Assembly (NCBI RefSeq): GCF_001447785.1
Contig: NW_015172014.1
Coordinates: forward strand, 852,667 to 916,666
Source: Gekko japonicus
Taxonomy: Eukaryota
Reading direction: 5' to 3'
Length of the DNA stretch: 64,000 bases
Below are positions 25,001 through 37,200 of this stretch, one piece after another (within the stretch, counting starts at the first letter, position 1; each line of letters starts with the position of its first letter). The notes beneath the pieces are model-generated. The model made no database searches. It was not told where the DNA came from and worked only from the letters and a program-made list of their open reading frames with translations. Position numbers and translations under genes: made by a program.

Positions 25001-28000
25001 ACGCCTCTCTCCCCTTCTTGGCATTTCCACCTCCTGTGCCCGGTCCCCACAGTCTCCAACTTGCCTCGTGCCCTCGCCCACCCAATCCCTCCTTCACCTC
25101 TCCATTTCCTACCGCCTCCCCGTCTTTTCTAGAGGACTCCCGGTGCAAAGCGGTAATACTTGAAACCTTCAAGGCGTTCATTCACTTAAAATACAAACCA
25201 AGTACCCAGAATAAAATTCTGTTGGCCTTCAAGGTGCCCGACTGGACTCAAACTTTGTTCTGTCGCTTCAGAGCAACACGGCTGCCCCCACCTGAGTCTA
25301 GATTCAGGGCTATTTCTGGGCAGGAACGCACAGGAACGGAGTTCCGGCTGGCTCCCGAGTTGGCCACGCCCAGCAAGAACTCATTAGCATAATAGGCCAC
25401 ACCCAACAGCAGACACTCATTAGGATTGGCTACATTAGGGGTGTGTGGCCTAACATGCAAAGGAGTTCCTGCTACAAAAAAGCCCTGGATTTTGACAACA
25501 AACAAGGTCAACAGAATAAGAAGCAAAAGGTGGGTGTGGCTGGATGACCACACTTCTGATAGCATGGGGGTGCGGCCTAATGTGCTAATTAGCTGTGCAG
25601 TCAGGGGTGTGGCCCAATATGCTAATGAGCTCCTGTTGGGTGTGGCCTATTATGCTAATGAGTTCCTGCTGGGCTTTTTCTACAAAAAGAGCCCTCATTT
25701 GAAATGATTTGGATCTGCCCCTGCCTCTGTATTGCAGCGCATTTGAAATCCATACCCCTCGGAGATGTTGTTTTAAATCTGGCATTTCAGAGGGATTTAT
25801 TTCCAAAATATAGTTTAGAAGTGCAGGATTTCATGTTTGTTTGTTCTAGTTTCAGAACAGCCGTTTACGTGATTTTGCAAATCCCAAGAGTGGAACTTCA
25901 AGCAGGAAAATGTTTTTAAAAATTCAGTCTGCTATCAGACCCAACTCTGCAACGATTCGGATCCCCCCCCCCCTTTGAGAGCTTCGGACTCTTGCACAGA
26001 AACGTTGCCTTGCAGGATCGGGGAAAGGTCTGTTTCGGATGGACTACCTTCCAGGGCTGGTGTCCTCTAACACCCATCCCCCTCCTCTGCCTTCTCCCCT
26101 TTACCAGCACAGAGAGCAATAATCCCTGGAGTCTCTCCGCCTTTGACTCCCTGCATGAGAAAAAATGGAGCACTCTCAGCAATAACAAACCCCCTTCCTG
26201 AACCTGAGGCAAAGAGTCCTGTGTCAGGCCCCTCAGACCCACCCACCCCCCCCCCCCCCCCCCCCCGTCCCGACCCCCCGTCCTGCATTCTGGAAATAAA
26301 CAGAACATTTCTATTATTCTACATGGCTTGTCTTGGTGGTTATCTACAGGGTGAATGGGTGGGCAAGGGGGCTCCAGATCCAGGAATCCACTTCCAGGAT
26401 TTAGGCTCTTCTACTCCATTCCGAAATGACCCAGTCCAGGTCTTCCCTGTAGCCCTTGAGCAAATAGGAGGCTGTTTGTATGGCGGGGCTGTGGTTCCCG
26501 CACACCATTTCCCCGATTTCTGAGTCCACTGACCTGACAGGACGGGTCCTTCCCTGTCCCTGGATGACAGACCCTGTCCTCCTCCCTCCCTCCCTCCCTC
26601 TCAGGCAAGATTTTCCCTCCCGTTTTTTCTTTTGCATCCCTTCACAGACTCAGCAGCCCTGGTGGGGTGTCTCCTCTTTCGAGTCACCTTCGCCAGGGAT
26701 ACATCAGGGCTGTTTTCTCCGCCCAGGGCCTGAGGGTAAGGTCAGGGTCTCCCTTTCTCTTAAAGGACAGCTAATGGCACTCGAGATGCTTCTAAAATTC
26801 AAACATAAGGGTTTTATTTTACATCAAGGGGGAAAGGTCAGGTGAAGTCAGGGGTTGAAAATACAGAGGCAAAACAGTAGAAGCCCAAATTCTTATTCTT
26901 GTATTTCAGGCTAATGAGAGTTTCTTGAACTCTTCACTGTTACGATGGTTCGCTGCTTTGGTTCCTGGGTTTTCCCCTAAACCATTTCACTTTATTTGTA
27001 GAACAGCAGACTCTGTCGGTGCCCAGAAGCCTGGTTCCATCTTCCCAGCACCCAAACCCCTTCTCTTGGAACACCAGAAATCTTCTAGAGACTGTTCACT
27101 GTCTTTGAAAGTCTCCACAAGCACTTTCCCATCACACCAGACCAGGGAATCTCTGCTCCTCAGGGATCACTTTCCCTGTTTGACTGGGGAGGGATCCTTC
27201 TTCTCTCCCTAGAAGATTTACTCCCTTTTACTTTTGGCCCAAATGGAAGACTTCTTGTGCTACCCAAAACCTCCTGGCCATACTTTCCCCCGTTCGCTGT
27301 CTGTGTTCAAAACTGCCCTCAGCTAATGCTGAGTTAAGACTGTGTTCAGTCACGGGGGAACTCTGACTTTGTCAGCACTAAGCCCTTTTCCTGTCAGGGC
27401 TAGCCTAAGATGGTTTCCTCGCACACACACATGTCTTGTCATGGTCAAGGCAGGAACCTGAACCCCTTCTGAGCATACAGCTCTCACCAGACTTTCTTTT
27501 GCTCAGCTGATGCCGACCAATCAGTTTGCCCGGAGCAGCCTGTCACTCAAGGCTCTCCTGCAGTTTTATCTGCAGCACTTTTAAGCCTCTTCAACAAGTG
27601 CAGACAGGGGAAGGGCCTGAATCCCTACAGTACTGGGGATCTCCAGAAAGGAGTGCCCCCCATGGCTCCCCAAGTGTGGGAGAGGTTGGGCCTGGATGGA
27701 ATTTATTGGTTTACTTCATTTCCATGTTACTTTTCTCCCCAAAGCAGCTTACATCATTCTCCTCCACTTTATGCTCACAACAACCCTGTGAGGTAGGTTA
27801 GGGTGAGGGTGCGTGACTGGTCCAAGGTCACCCAGCAAGCTTCTCGTGGCAGGGTGGGGATTCGAACCTGCCTCTCCTGGGACCTAGTCCAGCACTCTGG
27901 CTGCTACACCACGCTGGTTCTTGTCTCCACAGTCACTGCAGGTCCCAGCTGAGCTACTTTCCCCCATAGATGACAAAGGCCTTTTACTTCGGCCACAAAC

Positions 28001-28269
28001 GGCTCCACTTCCAGACTCTCACTATGTCCCACGGGTGGGGCATCGGTTGCTCCAACGGCTCCGTTCCTGACCCCAGCTGGAATCTGGCTCCAGGGCCTTC
28101 CCGCCTCCCCGAGCTGCTCCTGCTGAGTCGGAGGGTTACAGGGACCCAATCCAGCTCCACGCTCTCTGCCCCCAGGAGCCAGAAATGCTGCCTTGGCTGG
28201 GTGGTGCAGCCGCCCAAGTGGGCAGTGCTCCCTTTCTGTGGGAGATCTGCAGCCAGAGGGCCGAAGAGA

Positions 28270-28435
28270 ACAGGTGGCCGGGCCGGAAACTCTTCAGCAG
28301 CTGCGAAATGCCTTTGGTAACTCTAGATGGTCTCCTCTGACCAATCCCCTTCCCGTGGCCCTGGCTGGGCGGCGGCTAACACCAATGGGAAGGGCTCCCT
28401 AGTCCCAGGGAAAGGGGTGGCCGCCCAGCTGTCTG
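28270..28435 (+). promoter_or_regulatory. CHRNB1 proximal promoter: E-boxes, N-box (ETS/GABP), CCAAT boxes
   Basis: CAGGTG 28271-28276, CCGGAA 28283-28288, CAGCTG 28298-28303 and 28426-28431, CCAAT at 28341 and 28382, all within 200 bp of the ATG at 28464. Confidence 0.6.
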
Positions 28436-28463
28436 TCTGCCTGTCCAGCAGCCGACCGAGGAC

Positions 28464-31400
28464 ATGGCCCCCAGGGCGACGCTTTGGGGGCTCCTGTGGG
28501 TTCTCTCCATGGGAGGTAAGCGTTTCATTCATGTCGTCTGCCTGCTTCTGCCAAGGGCACCCAGAGGTGGGGGTGGGGGGCAATGCTCCCTGTAAGCTGT
28601 GGGGTCGTGTGAGCAAAAATCCTACTCGGTGAGCTCCTGGCAGTAATGTTGTGAGCCAGCGATTGGGCTCCTGCATAGGGAACACTGCTCTGGAACCCTC
28701 CTTCCTGAGCTAAGACAAAAATGTGTGAGCCGGAGGCTAAAAAACTGTGAGCTATCTCACACTAACTCAGCTTAGAGGGAACACTGCTCTGGAGCCCTCC
28801 TTCTTGAGCTAAGACAAAAATATGTGAGCTGGAGGCTAAAAAACTGCGAGCTGGCTCACACTAACTCAGCTTAGAGGGAACACTGGTGGGGAGCTGTGCA
28901 ACGTGTGTGTGGGGGGGGCAATGACGACAATCATTCCAAAACCATTTGTGCAGCCAGGGTTTCAGAAGTGTGCCAGACCCTGTGACCTTTCTGTCATGTA
29001 TTGATTTGTACAGCATGCAAGTGACGTTTTGCCTCTTTCAAAGAGCTTTTATAGAACATTTGACCAGAAATGTGTTGCTCTCTGGGGGTCACAGGGCTTA
29101 AAAGTGCCCCCCCCCGTTAGGGAGGCCAGCAGATGGGTGGGTGCCCTCCGACACACTAGAAGGCTCTCTCTTGCATTCTCTCTCTAGCCGTGACGGCTTC
29201 CGAAACAGAGGGGCTGCTGCTGAAGGCGCTCTCCCAGAACTACAGCACGACTGTGCGCCCGGCCCGCAGCATCAGCGACAGGGTTCCCGTCCGGATCGGG
29301 ATGTCCCTCTCGCAGCTCATCAGTGTGGTGAGTTCTGCTTTGGAGCAAGTGCCTTGAGGATGTGGATCAAGAAGTCAGAACCTAGCATGGCCGGTAGATG
29401 GCGGCACGGCTTCCCTTCCCCTCAGCAGGCATTCCACAGGGCAACTGCAGGGGGCGACATCGAGGAAATGCTCTCCAAAACAGGGTTCGACTCAGCGGCA
29501 TAAGGAATTCGGGGGTGGGGTGAGGACTGGGACCCTTCCACATGGGGTGGGTGCAGCAGCTCTAGACTTTGGGTTAGACGGAGAAGTAGTTAAGAGGCGG
29601 TGGCAGCAAAGACAACAGTTGGAGTTTGCCGCCAGCTATTGATAACTGGAGCTGCGGTGGCTCAAGTGCTTAAGACGCTGAACTGCAGGCTGTGGAAGGT
29701 CAGTAGTTCAGCAATTCGAGACCCGGGTGCCGCATGACGGAGTGAGCTCTCATCTCTAGTTCCAGCTCCTGCCAACCTAGCAGTTCAAAAGCAAGAAATT
29801 GCAAGTAGATAAATAGGTACCACTTTGGTGGGAAGGGAACAGCGTTCCGTGCACCTTGGTGTTTAGTCATGCCGGCCACATGACCAGGGAAACGTCTTCG
29901 GACAGCGCTGGCTCTTTGGCTTTGAAACGGAGATGAGCACCGCAACCCTAGAGTCGGATTCGACTGGCTTTCGAGCAAGGGAACCTTTACCTTTACCTTT
30001 ATTGATAACTGAGCGATCTGGGGGATGGTCACAAAGGCAAAAGGCTTCTTGTTTACGTCCTTCTCTGTAGAAGACCCCCCCACACACACACACACCCCAT
30101 CTCAAACTGCAGGCATTTCCCCCCTTCCATTTCCAGTTCTGGCCAATTCAGAATATTGTAGAAGCCAAAAATGAGAGATCACGGGAGGAAGCGGAATTCC
30201 AAAAACAACATCCGTGACAAAAATAACGAAGAGTCAAATAAAGATAACTTGCAAAAACATTTACTGTAGTAATTCTGTAGCAACCCCAATTCTTATCAAT
30301 TACTTCTTATCAACTCTTGAAGGAAGAGTTGTGAAGACCTTGGGTTCTGTTATTAGAGAGTCAACATGGAATGTTTCCTTCAAGAGTTAATAAGACAAGA
30401 ATTGACAAGAATTGGGATTGCTACATGCTCAGATAAAGCAAATATTGTGAAACGAATTGTTTTCATTGTGCAGTATTCGTTAGCATGTGAGCGATAAATA
30501 ATAATAATAGAAGAAAAAATTATTCTAAATAATAGAAGGCAATTTTCTACAGAATTACTACAGTAAACATTTTTGCAACTTATCTTTATTGACTCTTAGT
30601 TATTTTGTCACGGATGTTGTTTTTGGAATTCCAGTTCAGAATATTGTCTGTCCCCAAGAACCATTTTTTCCTACCTGCTAGTGTGCCAAGGGCTGTAGGA
30701 GATGCCTGAAGTTATAACGCACACCTGCAGGACCATCACCCTGAGCTCTCTTTGGGAATTTTTTTTTTTTTTTTTTGCAGGATGAAAAAAACGAACAGTT
30801 GACAACAAAGGTCTACATGGATCTGGTGGGTAAAAATCACAACCTATGTCCCCCTGGCTGCATCTCACAAACACATAAGTTGCCTTCCAGACATTCGCCA
30901 TGTGGGAGAGGCGAATTTGAATCTGGTCTGGTTCCGAGATAGCTTGTCAGCCGCGAGAAGGATTCACATCCTTCCAAAAACAGAAAGAGAAGGGACTGAG
31001 AACTTCCTCAGGGGATGAAGCGCCTTCAGAAGGTCACTTCACACCAATCAGGTGCCCTAGACCTGCCCTGAGCTGCCTTTTCTCCTTGACCGGGTGGGGT
31101 ATGCGAAGGGGGGGGGAATGATTTAATTCCTCCTCTCCGGCCCCTCCAGGGATTGTTTGAGTGGTTGTGGTGGGGCTGTATCTTAATCAATCCGAATTGC
31201 TGGATTTTCTAATAATATTCTCTTTGGGGTCACCAATTTCCAGGGAGTCCTGAAAGGCCTTAGGCCATGATTTGTGGAGCTTGAGGGGCAACAAGACAAA
31301 TTAAATTATCTTTAAAACAAAACAAAAACACAAACATACATTTCTGGGCCTCATTGGGTTTTGCTAAAACTATTCTGGGCAGTTTCAGTTAAAGACCTGG

Positions 31401-34124
31401 AAAAACCGAAATATTTGAATGGAGTTAATAGAACAAAAACTGATTTTGTTTGATGGGGAAATAGATGACTGGAGACCGATGCCCCTTCTAAGCTGTGGAG
31501 TCTTGTGAGCAAAAATCCTGCTTTGCGAGGTACTGGCATTAAAGTTGTTAGCAGCGAGCGATTTGGCTACTGCATAAATCAGTTTGCTCTGGAGCCCCAT
31601 CCTTCTTTCTGAGCTAAGATGAAAATGTGTGAGCTGGAGGCTAAAAAACTGCGAGCTAGCTCACACTCACTCAGCTTAGTTGGAACACTGACACGGGTTT
31701 GAATTCTGCCTCTCCTTTGGGGTGCTAAGATAGAAGGCGCTATCTTGCTACAACCCTTCTCGAGTGTGTGAAACAGGAACAAGAGCAACTATCTTGTCAG
31801 GGTGGCCATGAGGGGAGATAAGAGGAAAGACGTGTTGTGGGCTGCAGGCCCTGTCATGGCCTGAGTATCTGATACGAACTCTCCTGACATTCACACCCCT
31901 CTCCTGGTCTGTCTCTCATGGCCTCATCCCCGTGACTCCCCTGGCTCAAACCACCATCTATTTCTTTCCTGGATTTCCAGACATGGACAGACTACCGCCT
32001 CACCTGGGATCCCGCGGATTACGAGGGCATCACCTCCGTCAGGATTTTTTCTAACAAAGTCTGGCTCCCAGATATAGTCCTCATGAACAAGTGAGTATTG
32101 TGAAGGTTGGGAGCTGCGGCATGCTGTGGAAACACAGCTACTTTTCTGGGCTGGGGGGCAAGGGGGGGGTCCCATTTCCAAAAGGGATCCCTTATTAGTT
32201 GCTGAAGCAGCCCCGTAGCCAGAAATTTTGGGTGGGTGGGGCATCGGGAACATTTGTGGGGCAACAGGGGAGGGGTTCCCTCCTTCCCTGAACTCCAAGT
32301 GGCGATTTCATTGCTTGGAGTTCAGGTGCAGGTAGGCCCCGCTTGAAAAACGCCATTGTGGGGCATGCCTCACCTTTGAGGGGGCATAGCCCCCAAACGC
32401 CCCACCGTAGCTACGGGCCTGTGCTGAAGTCTCTGGGCCTGGGATGGTGTAGCAACCTCACTTTCATTTGTATTTATTTATTTATTTATTTATATCTCTA
32501 TCCCGCCCTTCCCACATGCAGGCTCAGGGCAAGTTACAACATATAAAGTTCACCTTACAAACAGATAAAAATCTAAAATACATATAGGTAATAAATACAA
32601 CATTAAAATACTATATTAAACATATTACACAGTTCGGGCTACAAATTCACCAGTCTCCAATTCGGAATGTTCCACTTCATTACGAATCGAGAGCCGTTGG
32701 CCGAATGTGGTTTGTCTCCAGCTAGGAATGTTCAACATAATTCTGCACGGGAGGTTAACAGCCTTCTCTGCCCCCACTCCTCCCATCCAGTAACGACGGC
32801 GTTTTTGACATTTCTCTGATGGTGAACGTCTTGGTGAACCACGAGGGGGTCGTCCGGTGGCAGCCGCCCGCTGTTTACCGGAGCAGCTGCAGCATCCAGG
32901 TGGGCGTCTTGGCATGACCAGCACTTGTCCGCCAGTCATCCTTGTGGCCGTACCCCTCCCCTCCTCCTGTGCCACCTTTCGCCATGCCATGAGGCCTTGG
33001 CTCAGGCATTGCCGGCAGTGGTATAAATCCAAGATGGCAAAGCCTGCCCCCCTCCCATGACACCAGGAGCAAGCTGAGCCCCTGTGGCGCATGGCACCTT
33101 CCGAGTGGCACTACCCAATGACGATACGCATGAGAGCAAGATGCGGTTTGTGGGATGCTTGTTCCAACTCTCAAAGGGCAACAGAAACATTGCTTCAGAG
33201 GGCAGCCGCGTCGGTCCGCCGTTGAAGAGCTCGATTCGAGGCCAGAGCCCGACAGGGTTTCTAGAGTATAAGCCTTCTAGAGTTCTTATTAATAATTACC
33301 CAGGGTTCCTTTCTTTGGCCCTTCGTTGAACTATTCCTCTGCAGAAGGTGCCCGAAGGATATTGTGAATTGGCAAAGAAGGCATTCCCGCTGTAGCGTGG
33401 GGAGGGTGTGGGGGACGGGCTGCCTTCCCTCTGACCCCTTTCTGTCTGGGGGTGGGGCAGGTCACCTACTTCCCCTTCGACTGGCAGAACTGCACCATGA
33501 CCTTCCGCTCATATACCTATGACGCCTCAGAGGTCACCCTCCTGCACCCTCTGAAGGAGAACGGGGAAGAGCTGAAGGAGATCATCATCTACAAGAATAT
33601 CTTTATCGGTGAGCCATAGCTGGGGGGGTGGGGGTTTGAGGCACGTGATGCCAGTCGGCAGGGGTCATTTCGTAGAAAAAGAGGTGCAGGAGCTCACTAG
33701 CATAACTTATTTGCATATGCCACACCCCCTGACATCACCAGAAGTGTGTCAGAAGGCAACACCCACCGCTCAGGCTCCACTGGACTGTTTTGGATTGCTA
33801 GCTATTGGGGGGGAGCGCAGATCTGTCCTCACAGAGGAGGGAGAGCTTGTACCTGAATAAAACTTGGTCTTAAAGGTGCCACTGGACTGTTTTGGATTGC
33901 TAGCTTGGGGGGGGGGGCGACACCCAAAATTTTGCAGGCAAGNNNNNNNNNNNNNNNNNNNNNNNNNNNNNNNNNNNNNNNNNNNNNNNNNNNNNNNNNN
34001 NNNNNNNNNNNNNNNNNNNNNNNNNNNNNNNNNNNNNNNNNNNNNNNNNNNNNNNNNNNNNNNNNNNNNNNNNNNNNNNNNNNNNNNNNNNNNNNNNNNN
34101 NNNNNNNNNNNNNNNNNNNNNNNN

Positions 34125-34212
<88 letters not shown>

Positions 34213-37200
34213 AGCTTCTTGCTCCTTGTGGCCTGGGGCTTCTGGGAGCAGGGGGTGGGGCTTGTTGCATGTGCCCACCCCCTGGGCTTTTTACTGCCGG
34301 AGCTCCGCTCCTGTGCACTCTTGCAGGGAATGACCCCTGCGAGTCAGTATCACTGGTAGGGAAGGGGTGTCTCTCGTTCTGCTCTACAGGGATCCATGGC
34401 CTCGGGCCAGCTTTTCTCCTATGCCAGGGCCTCCAGGATCGAGAAGAGAGCACCTCTGGGCATACCATGTTTGTTGCAGACAGGCCGTTCAGATGGCCCA
34501 AGAGCAACCAGCTCCGCTCAGAACTGGCCAGCGAGGACAACAACAGGGGTCGGCTTGTCCTTGACCCGCTACCCGACCATCACTGGCTGGGTCCGTGCAA
34601 AGTAATCCCCCGTGGCCTGTCCAGTCGGTTAATGGCCACCAGCAGGCTGCATTCTGGGATCTTTCCTGGTAACTGAGAGGGCTCATCTGCCGCCGGTTGT
34701 GCCATGGCCATCCCCTGTACATTAAGAATATCTCTTTTGGGGTTGCTACCAAGTCTGTGGTTAAATGCGCAGACTCTAATCTGGGAGAACCGGGTTTGAA
34801 TCCCCACTCCTCCTTCAGATGCAGCCAGCTGGGTGACCTTGGGTCAGTCACAAGCTCTCTCAGAGCCGTTCTCTCAAGAGCAGTCCTCGAAAGCGCTCTC
34901 TCAGCCCCGCCTACCTCGCAGGGTGTCTGCTGTGGGGAGGGGAAGGGAAAGGAGATTGTCAGCCGCTCTGAGACTCTGAGGGAAGGGCGGGGTATAGATC
35001 CAATCTCTTCTCTTCCCCTCCTCTCAAATACACAAAGGAATCACAACAGCAGGAGAAATGTCGTCCGATGTTCTCCATTTGCTCTCTCCCTTTCAAGAGT
35101 CACTTCCCTTCCCTTCTTCCTTGGTTGCCAACCTCCAGTCGGGGCCTGGGGAGCTCCTGGAATCACAGCTGGTCTCCCAACTAGAAAGATCAGTTCCTCT
35201 GGAGGAAATGGCCTCTTTGGAGGGTGGGCTCTGTGGCATGATAGCCGCTGTGGTCCCTCCGGGCCTCAGTCGAGGCCGTTCACAGGCTGGGCCCCCGAAT
35301 GGCAGCTGCCAAGATGGAGAGCTCTTGAGTGTGTGTGTTCTGCGTCAGAAGGAGCCAGATTACCTCCAGGGCTTCCCCGGCCCCCTCTTCTTCCTCCAGA
35401 CAACGGGCAGTGGGAGATCCGGCACAAACCGGCCCGCAAGAACACCCTCCCCGGAGACCCCCTGTACGAGGACATCACCTTCCACCTCATCATCCGCCGC
35501 AAGCCCCTCTTCTACCTCATCAACGTCATCATCCCTTGCGTCTTGATCACCATCCTGGCCATCTTCGTCTTCTACCTCCCTCCGGACGCAGGTGGGTGGG
35601 TCCCCCCCCACGGGGCAGCCTCTCAGAAGCCAACGTTCCCTCCAGGGGTCATTTCGTAGAAAAAGAGGTGCAGGAGCTCATTAGCATAATTCATTAGCAT
35701 AACTTATTTGCATATGCCACACCCCCTGACATCACCGGAAGTGTGTCAGATGGCAACACCCACCACTCAGGCTCCACTGGACTGTTTTGGATTCCTAGCT
35801 ATTGGGGGGGGGGAGACGTGCAGATCTGTCCTCACAAAGGAGGAAGAGCTTGTACCTGAATAAAACCTGGTCGTAAAGGTGCCACTGGACTGTTTTGGAC
35901 TGGGGGGCCGGGAGGGGGGCTCTGCAACTTACCTGGCTGCTTCTTGCTCTGACTGAGGGCTGCTGGGAGCAGGGGGTGCGGCTTGTTGCATGTGCCGGCC
36001 CCCTGGGCTCTTTACTGCCGGAGCTCCGCTCCTGTGCGCTCCTGCAGGAAATGACCCCTGGTTCCCTCTAAGCTGCGGAGTCTTATTGTGAGCAAAAATT
36101 CCACTTTGGAAACTCCTGGCATTGAAGTTGTGAGCGAGCGACTGGGCTGCTGCAGAAATTACTTTGCTCTGGAGCCCCGTCCTTCCTGAGCGAAGACAAA
36201 AACGTGTGAGCCGGAGGCTAAAAACCTGTGAGCTGGCTCACACTCACTCGGCTTAGAGGGAACACTGCTCTCAGCTCCTCCGAGCTTCTCAGGGATGGCC
36301 TCTCCTCTGAGACGGAAGGCGTTTCCAAATCAGGTCAAAACGGAAGAGTGCCGCCGTCACGCAATCCTAGCTCTTCCAAATTCCTCCACTAACCCTTCCC
36401 GGCAGGACCAGATGTCCATCAGGCGATGAGACCCTTCCCCCCCCCATCTCAGGCTGGCAGGATGGCTGCAGCCAAAGTCCCTCGGTTCCCCACAGGAGAG
36501 GCACCCATCTGCCCGCCAAGCTGTGCCTTGAAACAGCCCCCCCAGCCCCCCCCCCCCCCAGAATAGTCTCTACCTCCACCCAGCAGATTGGCACATCGTT
36601 CCGTTTCACAGCTCTCCTTGAAACGCGGTTTGCCTGCTGGGTCTCTGATCTGGACGGGGCTGACAGGGGTAACCAAAGGTCCAACCGCATTCATCAACAT
36701 GGGCCGAGTCAGGCCCTTTGTCCCTTAAGGTCAGTGTGGTCTTCTCAGACTGGCAGCCGCTCTCCAGGGTCTCAGGGGGCAGAGAGGCGTCTTTCCCATC
36801 ACCGCCTGTTGTCGTTGCTGTTCCGTCACACAGTCGGGTCCGACTCTTCGCGACCCCACATCACGCCAGGCCCTCCCGTCTCCCTTCGTGCTCCAGAGTT
36901 TGCTCAACTTCATGTTTGTCGCCTCGATAACACTGTCTAACCGTCTCATCCTTCATCTTTGACCTTCAGTCTTTCCCAGCATCAGGGCCTTCTTCTCCAG
37001 GGAGTGCTCCCTCCCTTCTCACTGGGTGGCCAAAGTACTTGAGCTTCAGTTTCATTATCTGGCCTTCCAGGGAACAGTCAGGGTTGATTGCTTTTAGGAT
37101 TGACCGATTTGATCTCCTGGCAGTCCGGGGGACCTCCTGCCTCGTCTTTTTAGCTGGAGATGCTGGGGATGGAACGCGAGACCTCCTGCATGTTGATGGT

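Noticed and set aside
26562-27425. Possible solo LTR on the minus strand
   Set aside because: Termini are imperfect and no TSD or PBS is visible; it cannot be supported without a search.
34697-35659. 320-aa ORF as a standalone gene
   Set aside because: Read-through of a SINE and intron into CHRNB1 exon 7; only 35400-35591 is coding.
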